Below, one piece after another: positions 7,171 to 15,821 of a DNA stretch of 23,165 nucleotides (its first letter is position 1; the number at the start of each line of letters is the position of its first letter). Origin of the DNA: Verrucomicrobiales bacterium (GTDB lineage Bacteria; Verrucomicrobiota; Verrucomicrobiia; Verrucomicrobiales; SLCJ01). The DNA is taken from assembly GCA_046075565.1 (NCBI GenBank), contig JBJTQJ010000071.1, forward strand, positions 1 through 23,165, given 5' to 3'. Made by a program: the position numbers and the translations under genes. Below the pieces are notes generated by a model, which was not told the DNA's origin, did no database searches, and saw only the letters and a list, made by a program, of their open reading frames with translations.

Positions 7171-9543
7171 ATGATTGTTTCCCTTTCCTGGCTGCAACAG
7201 CACGTCGATCTCTCCGGCCTCGGCACGAGTGAAATCTCCGATCTCCTCACCTTCGCCGGCGTCGAGGTCGAAGGTATCACCGAACGCGGCATCCGTTCCG
7301 ACAAAGTCGTCGTCGCGCAGGTGGTGACCGTCGAACAACATCCGAATGCTGACCGTCTCAAGGTCTGCCAGGTTGATGCCGGTGGAGGCGCCCAGCACCA
7401 AATCGTCTGCGGAGCCACCAACTACAAGGTCGGCGACAAAATCCCGCTCGCTTTGCCCGGCGCGATCCTGCCCGGCAATTTCGAAATCAAGGCTGGCAAA
7501 CTCCGCGGCGTTGAATCCGGTGGCATGATGTGCTCCGGCCGCGAACTCGGTCTCTCCGACGATCACGGCGGACTCCTCATCTTGCCCGCCGATGCTGCGG
7601 TCGGCACCGCCCTGCATCAAATCGTGCCCGCCGACACGATTCTGGAAATCGAAATCACGCCCAACCGTCCTGATTTGCTGAGCCATCACGGGCTCGCCTG
7701 CGAGCTGGCCGCCTTGACCGGTCATCCGTTGCGCGCGCTCGATACGCCGACGGTCACCGAAGCGCCCGCTGGTGAGCTTGTCGCCATGCGCACTCCCGAC
7801 GCCTGCCCATTCTATTCGGCGCGTTTGATTGAAGGCGTGAAGGTCGGGCCCTCGCCCGATTGGCTGCGAGATCGCCTTCTTTCCATCGGTCTCCGGCCCA
7901 TCAACAACATCGTGGATATCACCAATTTCGTGCTCCACGAAACCGGCCAACCGCTGCACGCCTTCGACCGCGACCGCCTACGCGGCGGAAACATCATCGT
8001 GCGCGCCGCCACCGCCGGGGAAAAGTTCCTCGCCCTCGATGGAAAAGAATACACTCTTGAAGAGAGCGATACCGTGATCGCCGACCAAAGCCGACCCGTC
8101 GCTCTCGGTGGCGTCATGGGCGGTGAAGACAGCGGCGTGGGGGACACCACCGTCAATGTATTGCTCGAATCGGCTTGGTTCGAACCCTCTGGCATCCGCC
8201 GCACCGCCCGCCGCACCGCCCTTTCCTCCGATTCCTCTTATCGCTTCGAGCGCGGTGCCGATCCCGGCATGGTGCTCGCCGCTTCCGCGCTTGCGACCCG
8301 GCTTATCCTTGAATGTGCCGGAGGCAAGGCCTCCGGGAACGTGTCGATCGCCGGAGAACTTCCAAAGCGCACCGGTGTCGTTTCGCTCGATCCGGAGCAT
8401 GCGAAGTCCTTCCTCGGCGGGCATTTGGAAAAGGCCGAGCAGGATGCCATATTGGAGAAACTCGGACTTGTTCGATCTGGAGCCACGGCCTGGCAAATTC
8501 CGAGCTACCGCGCCGACCTGCAACGCCCCATTGACCTGATCGAGGAAATCGCTCGCGTGCACGGCCTCGCCGGTGTGCCCGCTCGTCTGCGGGTCGAGCC
8601 TTCGCCTGCTTCCGGCCGTGATGCCTTCCACGATCATGTTGTCGCCAGCAAATCCCGCCTCGCCTCCCTCGGGTGGTTCGAGGCGCGCACGCTCAAGTTG
8701 ATCAGCCGCGCCCAACTCGCCGACGCGTTCTTGCCCGATGCCGCCGCCGTGCCGCTCAAGAATCCGTTGAGCGAGGACCACACGCATCTGCGCCCGTCGA
8801 TCATCCCGGGATTGTTGCCCGTGGCCGCCCGCAACCGGAGTATGGGAGCGGCGCGCCTCGCCTTCTTCGAAACCGGCACCATCTTCCAACCGGCCGGTGA
8901 TGATGTCCGGGAAACCCAGAGTATTGCACTCCTTCTCGCCGGAGCCGCCGGGGCCGAATCCTGGGCTGATGCCAAACCCCGCGAAGCCACCCTTGCCGAT
9001 CTACGCGCGGCCATCGACCAGTTGCTTCCGCCCGGACGCAAACTCAAGGTCCAGGCCGTCGATCGCCCCGGTTGTATTCTCGCCGCCGAATTGTCCGTCT
9101 CGAAGAAGGAACCTCTCGGCTGGTTCGGCCAAATCGCCCCGGCCCGCGCTCGCGAATTGGATTGTCCATTTCCCGTCTATGTCGCGGAATTGGATATGGA
9201 CCGCCTGCATGAGTTGCGCGCCTCCAAGCCGCCGCGTTTCGAGGAACTTCCCAAGTTCCCCGCCATCACCCGCGACATCGCGTTGGAAGTGCCTGCCGAT
9301 TTCCCGGCCAGCCGCATCGATGCCGCCCTTGGCAATGTCGCCGAGCCATTGCTGGAGAGCTGGTCGGTTTTCGATGTCTTCGCCGATCCCACTGGCACCC
9401 GCTTGCCCGCCGACCGCAAATCGCTGGCCTGGTCGCTCGTCTATCGCGACCGCACCCGCACCCTGCGCTCGGAGGAAGTCGATGCCGCCCACTCTAAGGT
9501 CCGCGATGCTCTCGCCAAACTGCAGGGCGTGAGTCCGAGATGA
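7171..9543 (+). CDS. pheT: Phenylalanine--tRNA ligase beta subunit
   Basis: HPNADRLKVC, IVCGATN, ITPNRPDLLS, PINNIVDITNFVL, SSYRFERG, DLIEEIARVHG, C-terminal FDX-ACB domain (FPAITRDIA); follows pheS. Confidence 0.98.
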   Translation: MIVSLSWLQQHVDLSGLGTSEISDLLTFAGVEVEGITERGIRSDKVVVAQVVTVEQHPNADRLKVCQVDAGGGAQHQIVCGATNYKVGDKIPLALPGAILPGNFEIKAGKLRGVESGGMMCSGRELGLSDDHGGLLILPADAAVGTALHQIVPADTILEIEITPNRPDLLSHHGLACELAALTGHPLRALDTPTVTEAPAGELVAMRTPDACPFYSARLIEGVKVGPSPDWLRDRLLSIGLRPINNIVDITNFVLHETGQPLHAFDRDRLRGGNIIVRAATAGEKFLALDGKEYTLEESDTVIADQSRPVALGGVMGGEDSGVGDTTVNVLLESAWFEPSGIRRTARRTALSSDSSYRFERGADPGMVLAASALATRLILECAGGKASGNVSIAGELPKRTGVVSLDPEHAKSFLGGHLEKAEQDAILEKLGLVRSGATAWQIPSYRADLQRPIDLIEEIARVHGLAGVPARLRVEPSPASGRDAFHDHVVASKSRLASLGWFEARTLKLISRAQLADAFLPDAAAVPLKNPLSEDHTHLRPSIIPGLLPVAARNRSMGAARLAFFETGTIFQPAGDDVRETQSIALLLAGAAGAESWADAKPREATLADLRAAIDQLLPPGRKLKVQAVDRPGCILAAELSVSKKEPLGWFGQIAPARARELDCPFPVYVAELDMDRLHELRASKPPRFEELPKFPAITRDIALEVPADFPASRIDAALGNVAEPLLESWSVFDVFADPTGTRLPADRKSLAWSLVYRDRTRTLRSEEVDAAHSKVRDALAKLQGVSPR

Positions 9544-9684
9544 TCGATCATGTGCCGCCGTCCCCGAACCCCTCGGTGCGGATGATGCGAAGTTGCAATT
9601 TTGCGCCTCCGGAGCGCGAATGAGCGGCCGGCTTTTTCAAACGGAGCGATTGCCCTTTTTCCAATTCGTGAGACTCTTTAGGCG

Positions 9685-12600
9685 ATGCTATCCCTTTTTG
9701 GTCGTATCGAGAACATGTTCAGGCAATTGGCAAACCTCTCCAGCAGGGGAATAGGCTTTTCTGCCCCTGTGCTTTTTGGCTTCGCTGTCGTATTCTTAAC
9801 CGGAACAGGCTTGGTGTTTTCTCAGCCCCAGAAGCCCGAGTTTTTCCCCCGAGGGCAGGAACGGCGGCTCGAGGACCTCCCGAAGGGACAGTTTCGAGAC
9901 AATCTGGAAAGGCTGCCCGCGCCCCAGCGGGCCCGCGCCCTTGAGTGGCTCGGGGAATTCGGATTTCCGGACGCCGATGTGGAATCCTTGCAGGTGGACG
10001 CCCATGGAGGCATCTGCTACGGCTGCACTTTCGGCCACCACCGGGCCGAGGAGGTCGGCCCCGAAAACGCACCCGCTGCCGATCCGGGGGAACCGGTCGT
10101 CGCCAACGCCCCTGTGCCGGTAAGCCCCTTTCCCTCGTCCCTCATCTTCAGCAGTCGACCCGGGGCAACCAATGTCATCTACGTCAATTTCGCGGGGGAA
10201 ACCGTGACCGGGACGGCCTGGAACACATCTCTCAATCGAACGTCCATTCCGGCCGTGGCCTTCTCCACTGACTCGGATTTGAGCACCTTTTCGGACGCGG
10301 AACAGCTCGCCATCAAACGCGTCTGGCAGCGCATGGCCGAGGACTTCGCTCCCTTCAACGTGAATGTCACAACCCAGAGGCCGACTTCTTTCACCACCCG
10401 TACGGCCATGGTTGTGGTCACCCGGAATACCGATGCAAATGGAGATTTGAATCCATCGGATACGGCGGGAGGGGTGGCTTACGTGAATGTTTTCGCCAGA
10501 TCGGACTTTGCCAATTTTCGTCCGGCTTGGGTTTATCACAACAATCTCGCCAACGTTGAGTCATATATTGCCGAAGCGGCTTCCCATGAGGTCGGCCATA
10601 ACCTTGGTCTGTCCCACGATGGAACCAGCACGGCGGCGTATTACGGTGGCCATGGGTCAAGCAGTGACCCCATCTCCTGGGGGCCGCTCATGGGGACGGG
10701 ATATGACCGCAGTGTCAGCCAGTGGTCGAAAGGCGAGTATTACCAGGCGAACAATCTCGAGGACGACCTCTCGATCATCACTGGAAAACTCGGTTATCGG
10801 GCGGATGACCACGGGGGAACGGTCGCGTCGGCCACCGCCCTCACCCTGACCAGCGGCACGCAGATTGTTTCGACCACACCGGAGAACGATCCGACGAATG
10901 CGAATCCGGTCAACAAGGGGGTCATCGAACTCAACACGGATGTCGATATTTTTACTTTCGTGACAGGCAGCGGCACGGTGCGTATGAAAGTTGACCCATG
11001 GATCCAACCGGCCGGGACCAGGGGAGGCAATCTGCATCTCCGCATCGACCTTTACAACGAAACGGGTGGTCTGGTGGCCAGCCATGCGCCGACCACGACA
11101 ACCAATGCGCTCATTGAGACCAGTCTCACGCAGGGCAAGTATTACCTGCATGTCCGGAACGCGGCGGCGGGAAATCCTCTTGTTTCTCCCCCGACCGGTT
11201 ATACCAGCTACGGGAGTATCGGTCAGTATTTCATCAGCGGATTCGTCCAGGACGCCAGCGGAGTCGTGCAGCCTCCCCTCGCGGAATTGGTCTCGGTGCC
11301 GCCGCTGAATGAATCGGGACTAACAAGCAAACAATTCACCGTCAGCTACACGGACAATGTCGGCATCGATGTGGCGACCATCGGCACGGGGGATGTCCGG
11401 GTGACGGGACCGAATGGCTACAACCAGCTTGCGCAATTCGTCTCGGTGAGCAGCACAACCAATGGCACTCCCCGCAGCGCTACCTACTCGGTCACGCCTC
11501 CGGGTGGAGGAGCTTGGACGACGCTGCACAATGGAACCTACACCATTACAATGGAGGCCGCTCAGGTCCGCGATGTCGAAAACGCGTATGTCAGCGCGAG
11601 CACACTCGGGCAGTTTTCCATCGATGTCCCGATTGTCTATTATGCCGCGAATATGGATGTGAGTCCGGGGTGGACTCTGGAGCCTCAATGGCAGTATGGC
11701 ACACCCGGATACCCCTCGAACTCGAATGGACCGACAAGCTCCTACTCCGGAACCAACAAGATCATCGCATACAATCTGACCGGGAATTATGCGAACAATC
11801 TAGCCACCAAATCCGCGACGACTCCGAACATCAATACGAGCGGAGCGAATTCCATTACCCTCCGTTTCCGCCGCTGGCTCCGCTTGAAGCGAAACGATAC
11901 CGCCTCGATCCAAGCGTCGGCGAACGGCACGACTTGGACCACACTCTGGTCCTCGATGAGTCCAGTGAACGACACCTCCTGGCAGTTGGTGCAATATTCC
12001 ATCCCAGCCCCGCTCGTGGGCAGTAGCACCCTGCGGCTGCGCTGGACCATGGCTTCCAACAACAGCCAGAACGAAATCGGCTGGAACATCGACGATGTCG
12101 AACTTCTCGGTTCGGGCAGCCTCGATAGCACGCCCCCGAGTGTCGCGCTGAATGTCTCGAATCTCTCGGCAGGGGGATCTCCATCCCATGTCTGCGCCCT
12201 CGTTTGCACGGATGCCACCGCTGTCCGGCTCGCCTCATTTGACAGCGGTGATATCACGGTAATCGGCGGACCGAATGCCCAGTCCGCCCCGGTTGAGTTC
12301 AGTGGAGCGAACAGCGATTCCGATGGCTCTCCGATCACAGCCACGTATTCTGTTTCTCCTCCTGGCGGTGGACTCTGGAACGACTCCCACAATGGAACCT
12401 ACACCGTCACCCTGATGGGGGAAGCCGTCGAGGATATTCGGAACAACAAAACCTCCGAGGTGATTCTCGGCACGTTCAATGTGGCCATTGTGCCCCCGCC
12501 ACCAGGACAATTGACCGTCGAAAGCTCGGCATCACTTACGGCCAGCGGCCCGGTCGGTGGAGCCTTCTCTCCGGGCAGCATTACCTACACCCTCGGAAAC

Positions 12601-13065
12601 AACGGCGGCACGTCGTTGAACTGGATCGCCGGCAAGTCATCAACCTGGGTTGATCTGAGCGCGACCGGTGGCACCATCGCTCCGGGGGCAACCGCCCAGG
12701 TGTCTGTCTCTCTCAATGGAAACGCTGCCGCTCTCGGGGCGGGGGTTTATGAAGATGATGTGCTTTTTACCAACGTGACCGGAGGGGCGGGCAGCACAAG
12801 CAGGAACGTTTCCTTGAATATCGAGGTCGAGGCGGGGCTAGATGTGGAGGTGAGCCTGCCCGGTCGCAACGAGGCCGGAGAATTCCAGGTCGCGATCCAG
12901 GGTGTGCCCGGCACATCAGTGGTGGTCAAAGCCTGTGGCAATCTGATGGACTGGCAAACCATTGCCACTGGAGTGATCGGACAGGATGGTGTGCTTGTCG
13001 TCGCCGACCCGGCAAGCGTCAACGAGCCGAATCGATTCTACAAGATCGGGAAAGTGGGTCCGTAA
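9685..13065 (+). CDS. Large secreted multidomain metzincin zinc metalloprotease
   Basis: Hydrophobic N-terminal signal and putative prodomain; HEVGHNLGLSHD (HExxHxxGxxH, nt 10585-10620) plus Met-turn GPLMG. Then a PPC-like domain (DVDIFTF...GKYYLHV), two Ig-like repeats around a beta-jelly-roll-like domain (GWNIDDVEL), a BACON-like domain (TLGNNGGTSLNW...WVDLSATGGTIAPG) and a C-terminal NLMDW...RFYKI domain. Start may be 9685 or 9715. Confidence 0.88.
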   Translation: MLSLFGRIENMFRQLANLSSRGIGFSAPVLFGFAVVFLTGTGLVFSQPQKPEFFPRGQERRLEDLPKGQFRDNLERLPAPQRARALEWLGEFGFPDADVESLQVDAHGGICYGCTFGHHRAEEVGPENAPAADPGEPVVANAPVPVSPFPSSLIFSSRPGATNVIYVNFAGETVTGTAWNTSLNRTSIPAVAFSTDSDLSTFSDAEQLAIKRVWQRMAEDFAPFNVNVTTQRPTSFTTRTAMVVVTRNTDANGDLNPSDTAGGVAYVNVFARSDFANFRPAWVYHNNLANVESYIAEAASHEVGHNLGLSHDGTSTAAYYGGHGSSSDPISWGPLMGTGYDRSVSQWSKGEYYQANNLEDDLSIITGKLGYRADDHGGTVASATALTLTSGTQIVSTTPENDPTNANPVNKGVIELNTDVDIFTFVTGSGTVRMKVDPWIQPAGTRGGNLHLRIDLYNETGGLVASHAPTTTTNALIETSLTQGKYYLHVRNAAAGNPLVSPPTGYTSYGSIGQYFISGFVQDASGVVQPPLAELVSVPPLNESGLTSKQFTVSYTDNVGIDVATIGTGDVRVTGPNGYNQLAQFVSVSSTTNGTPRSATYSVTPPGGGAWTTLHNGTYTITMEAAQVRDVENAYVSASTLGQFSIDVPIVYYAANMDVSPGWTLEPQWQYGTPGYPSNSNGPTSSYSGTNKIIAYNLTGNYANNLATKSATTPNINTSGANSITLRFRRWLRLKRNDTASIQASANGTTWTTLWSSMSPVNDTSWQLVQYSIPAPLVGSSTLRLRWTMASNNSQNEIGWNIDDVELLGSGSLDSTPPSVALNVSNLSAGGSPSHVCALVCTDATAVRLASFDSGDITVIGGPNAQSAPVEFSGANSDSDGSPITATYSVSPPGGGLWNDSHNGTYTVTLMGEAVEDIRNNKTSEVILGTFNVAIVPPPPGQLTVESSASLTASGPVGGAFSPGSITYTLGNNGGTSLNWIAGKSSTWVDLSATGGTIAPGATAQVSVSLNGNAAALGAGVYEDDVLFTNVTGGAGSTSRNVSLNIEVEAGLDVEVSLPGRNEAGEFQVAIQGVPGTSVVVKACGNLMDWQTIATGVIGQDGVLVVADPASVNEPNRFYKIGKVGP
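11272..12489 (+). repeat. Two copies (~119 aa each) of an Ig-like domain within the protease, at about 11272-11628 and 12133-12489
   Basis: GDVRVTGPNG...GTPRSATYSVTPPGGGAWTTLHNGTYTITM vs GDITVIGGPNA...GSPITATYSVSPPGGGLWNDSHNGTYTVTL. Exact 18-nt DNA repeat CACAATGGAACCTACACC at 11527-11544 and 12388-12405. Confidence 0.85.
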
Positions 13066-13067
13066 GT

Positions 13068-13460
13068 TCACCGCCGACGGCATTCCCACAACACTCCCAT
13101 CACGATACCCAGGGCGTAGGCAATCAAGTCCGTCCAGTGGAAGGTGCTCCCCAAAATCAATTTGCCCGGTATTGTCGCGCGGATGCTGTTGATCCACGGC
13201 GCTTGGTAGAGTTGGAAGAACTCGATGCCCCAGGCGAAAGCAAGGGATAACAAGGCAATGTGTGCGGTTCGGGCGCGGGGCAGGAGAAATCCGAAACCAA
13301 AGAAGACCATCAGGGCCCAGAACGCGTCACCACCGTTGTTTGACAACCACCCCGGCAGCGGGAGAATCCCGGATCGCCAGAACAATCCGGTCGCCACCAC
13401 CAGTAGTGCGCCCACAGTATAGTGAAGGCGGTTGCGGGGTGGAGAAAGGGCGGGGGACAT
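13068..13460 (-). CDS. DUF2809-family membrane protein
   Basis: GGDAFWALMVF, IEFFQLYQAPWINSIRATIPGKLILGSTFHWTDLIAYALG are characteristic of DUF2809. Confidence 0.88.
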   Translation of the reverse strand: MSPALSPPRNRLHYTVGALLVVATGLFWRSGILPLPGWLSNNGGDAFWALMVFFGFGFLLPRARTAHIALLSLAFAWGIEFFQLYQAPWINSIRATIPGKLILGSTFHWTDLIAYALGIVMGVLWECRRR

Positions 13461-13500
13461 AAGGTTTCATTTCTGCATCAGGAATGCCAGTTGTCCATCG

Positions 13501-14322
13501 TCATCCTTCCACCGCCTCCCGCATGCACGCGAGGCGCTGCGGGTCCGGGGCCTTGCGCCAGTTACCGTCGAATTTGAGCGAACTGCCGACAATGAAGACG
13601 TCGGCGTGGGGCAAATAGGATGAAATATTGTCTGCGGTCAGACCGGAGCCGATGACCACCGGCAGATAGGTGGCGTCGCGGACTTCCCGCAACCAAGTGG
13701 GGTCGGCTTCGTGACCGGTATGACGACCGGTCACGACCACAGCGTCGGCGAGGTTGTCCTCGGCGGCCATGGCCCAATCGGAGGCGCGCAGGTCGGCAGT
13801 GATGGCATGGGAAGAGTGTTTTTTACGGATGTCCGCCCAGATCGAGATGTGGTCCGCGCCGAGGCGGGAGCGTTCGCGGAGCAACCCCGCCGCGTCCGCT
13901 TGCATGGATCCTTCATCCGCGAGGTGGCCGAACACGAATCCCTCGCAGCGGATAAAATGGGCTCCGCAGGCGTGGGCGACGGCGAGGGCAGCGAGATTGG
14001 CCCCGGCCAGGACCTGCACTCCGCAGGGAAGGGAGGGGGTGGCCGCGCGCACGGCTCCGACGATTACAGCCATGGCGGCGATGGTTTCCGGCGGCACCTC
14101 CCGGCGGTGGTAGGGCACATCGAACATGTTCTCGACCAGCACGGCATCGAAACCATGGGATTGGTAAAGCTCCGCCTGCCGCGCCGCTTCCGCCGCCAGT
14201 TCCGACACTGGCGGGCAATGGCCCGGACAGCCCGGGGTCGGGCCGGTGTGGATCATGCCGACGAGCACACGCTGGCCACGGGCTAATCGGAAAGGGGAAG
14301 GGGAGTCTGGGTGCGATGTCAT
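13501..14322 (-). CDS. BtpA/SgcQ family protein
   Basis: Likely start ATG 14322. VGMIHTGPTPGCP, DAVLVENMFDVPY, WADIRKKHSSHAIT, ADAVVVTGRHTG, VIGSGLT, IVGSSLKFDGNW. Confidence 0.92.
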   Translation of the reverse strand: MTSHPDSPSPFRLARGQRVLVGMIHTGPTPGCPGHCPPVSELAAEAARQAELYQSHGFDAVLVENMFDVPYHRREVPPETIAAMAVIVGAVRAATPSLPCGVQVLAGANLAALAVAHACGAHFIRCEGFVFGHLADEGSMQADAAGLLRERSRLGADHISIWADIRKKHSSHAITADLRASDWAMAAEDNLADAVVVTGRHTGHEADPTWLREVRDATYLPVVIGSGLTADNISSYLPHADVFIVGSSLKFDGNWRKAPDPQRLACMREAVEG

Positions 14323-14386
14323 AGGTCGATGTTGCTCATCCTGCCCGAGGTCTGGAGATTTGGCAATGGGCAAGCAGAGGCGAGCG

Positions 14387-14415
14387 TTGACAAAACCACC
14401 CGCCGGACCCATAAT
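14387..14415 (+). promoter_or_regulatory. Near-consensus sigma70 promoter of the cyclophilin gene
   Basis: TTGACA (14387-14392) - N17 - CATAAT (14410-14415), 17 nt upstream of ATG 14433. Confidence 0.75.
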
Positions 14416-14432
14416 CCGGCTCGTTTTCCGCC

Positions 14433-15632
14433 ATGCGTTGCCTCCAGACCATCTCTGCCTTTTTGGGTTTCTTCGTCCTTTCGGGCACCTTGCCCGCGCA
14501 GTCGGACGGGATCTTCGCTGATTTCCAGACTTCGATGGGGAACTTCACCGCCCGCTTGGATTATCAGAATTCGCCCAAGACCGTGGCCAATTTTGTCGGG
14601 CTCGCCACCGGCGAGCGCTCCTACGTTAGCGCGAAAAGCGGGGCCGTGGTCACCGGCAAACCCTTCTACAACGGTCTCATATTCCACCGGGTCATTTCGA
14701 ATTTCGTGATCCAGGGCGGCTGCCCACTTGGCAACGGAACCGGTGGTCCGGGGTACCAAATCCGCGACGAAGTGGCAAACGGACTCTCCCACAACGCCCC
14801 CTACATCTTGTCCATGGCCAATTCCGGTCCCAATACCGGCGGTTCCCAGTTCTTCATCACGGTGTCAGCCCCTACCCATCTGGATGGGAAACACAGTATT
14901 TTCGGGAACGTGGTCAGCGGGACCAGCGTGGTGGATGCGATCAAGGGCGTCCCCGTGGTCTCGGATAAACCCGTTACCGATGTGGTTATCCAGTCGGTAA
15001 CCATCCGCCGCGTTGGCACCGCCGCGCAGGCCTTTGATATCGGTGCACAGGGCTTGCCGATTTGTTCCTCATCTGCCGGTAAATTGACGGTCAACCCGGG
15101 CAATTCCGTTTTCTGGACGCCCAATCCCGGGCAGCCCGTGGGAAGTATCGTGGCGTGGTTCCATAGCAGTGACATGTCATCATGGCAAAAGGCCGATTCA
15201 GTATTCGTTGAACCATGGCAGAGCCATACCCCGTTCCGGATTGACGACGGTTCCGCAGCCAAGGCTTTTTATCATGTCCCGCTGGCATACTACCCCGACG
15301 CGGCATCTTCGCGTATGAACAGCCGTTCGCTGGTGGTCAACCTTGCGCCGGGAGAGGTGCTTTTCTTCAACTTCGACGCGACGGGGCAGGCGGGCACCGG
15401 GAGCTACTCTACGCCCTCCGGGGCGGTGAATTTTTCCTTCACATTATTCGAAGAGGACACGCTTCCTCTTCGCCAGATTTGGGTTTTTAACACATCGCAG
15501 TTTGGATACCTCCGCGTCGATGCTTACCTTGATGTCGCAATACCCACGCAGTTCTCCGGCCGGGAAACCCTCTATCAATGGAATGGATTCTGGAATAACC
15601 TCGGCGTTGGCACCTTCACTCTGACGCGCTGA
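14433..15632 (+). CDS. Secreted cyclophilin-type peptidyl-prolyl cis-trans isomerase with ~200-aa C-terminal extension
   Basis: Signal peptide; PKTVANFVGLATG, FYNGLIFHRVISNFVIQGG, LSMANSGPNTGGSQFFIT, HLDGKHSIFG; beta-rich extension after about nt 15018. Confidence 0.93.
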   Translation: MRCLQTISAFLGFFVLSGTLPAQSDGIFADFQTSMGNFTARLDYQNSPKTVANFVGLATGERSYVSAKSGAVVTGKPFYNGLIFHRVISNFVIQGGCPLGNGTGGPGYQIRDEVANGLSHNAPYILSMANSGPNTGGSQFFITVSAPTHLDGKHSIFGNVVSGTSVVDAIKGVPVVSDKPVTDVVIQSVTIRRVGTAAQAFDIGAQGLPICSSSAGKLTVNPGNSVFWTPNPGQPVGSIVAWFHSSDMSSWQKADSVFVEPWQSHTPFRIDDGSAAKAFYHVPLAYYPDAASSRMNSRSLVVNLAPGEVLFFNFDATGQAGTGSYSTPSGAVNFSFTLFEEDTLPLRQIWVFNTSQFGYLRVDAYLDVAIPTQFSGRETLYQWNGFWNNLGVGTFTLTR

Positions 15633-15735
15633 GTATCCCCATCCAGTGCAATTTGCTTGGCTCAAGACCGCTCACAAACTGGCAGGATGCCTGTTCTCCT
15701 TCCTCCCCCGTGGGCACGGCCTTTCCGGGCATGAC

Positions 15736-15749
15736 TCGCAAATTTGCGA
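15736..15749. promoter_or_regulatory. Perfect 14-bp palindrome upstream of the beta-barrel gene, possible regulator site
   Basis: TCGCAAATTTGCGA, just before an AT-rich stretch (about 15760-15821) preceding ATG 15822. Confidence 0.45.
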
Positions 15750-15821
15750 ATTCTGTGCAGTCTTTTCCTTGTAGAAAATCAGAAATTGCTCCATAAAATA
15801 TCTTAATCATTAGAATTCTTA

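Noticed and set aside
6077..9492. Long antisense ORFs opposite pheS and pheT (e.g. 6077..7105, 7150..7959, 7978..8889)
   Set aside because: Shadow ORFs expected from GC-rich codon bias; no recognisable motifs.
15680..15727. Possible sigma54 promoters (TGGCAGGATGCCTGT, GGGCACGGCCTTTCC) upstream of the beta-barrel gene
   Set aside because: Both lack the essential -12 GC dinucleotide at the correct spacing.
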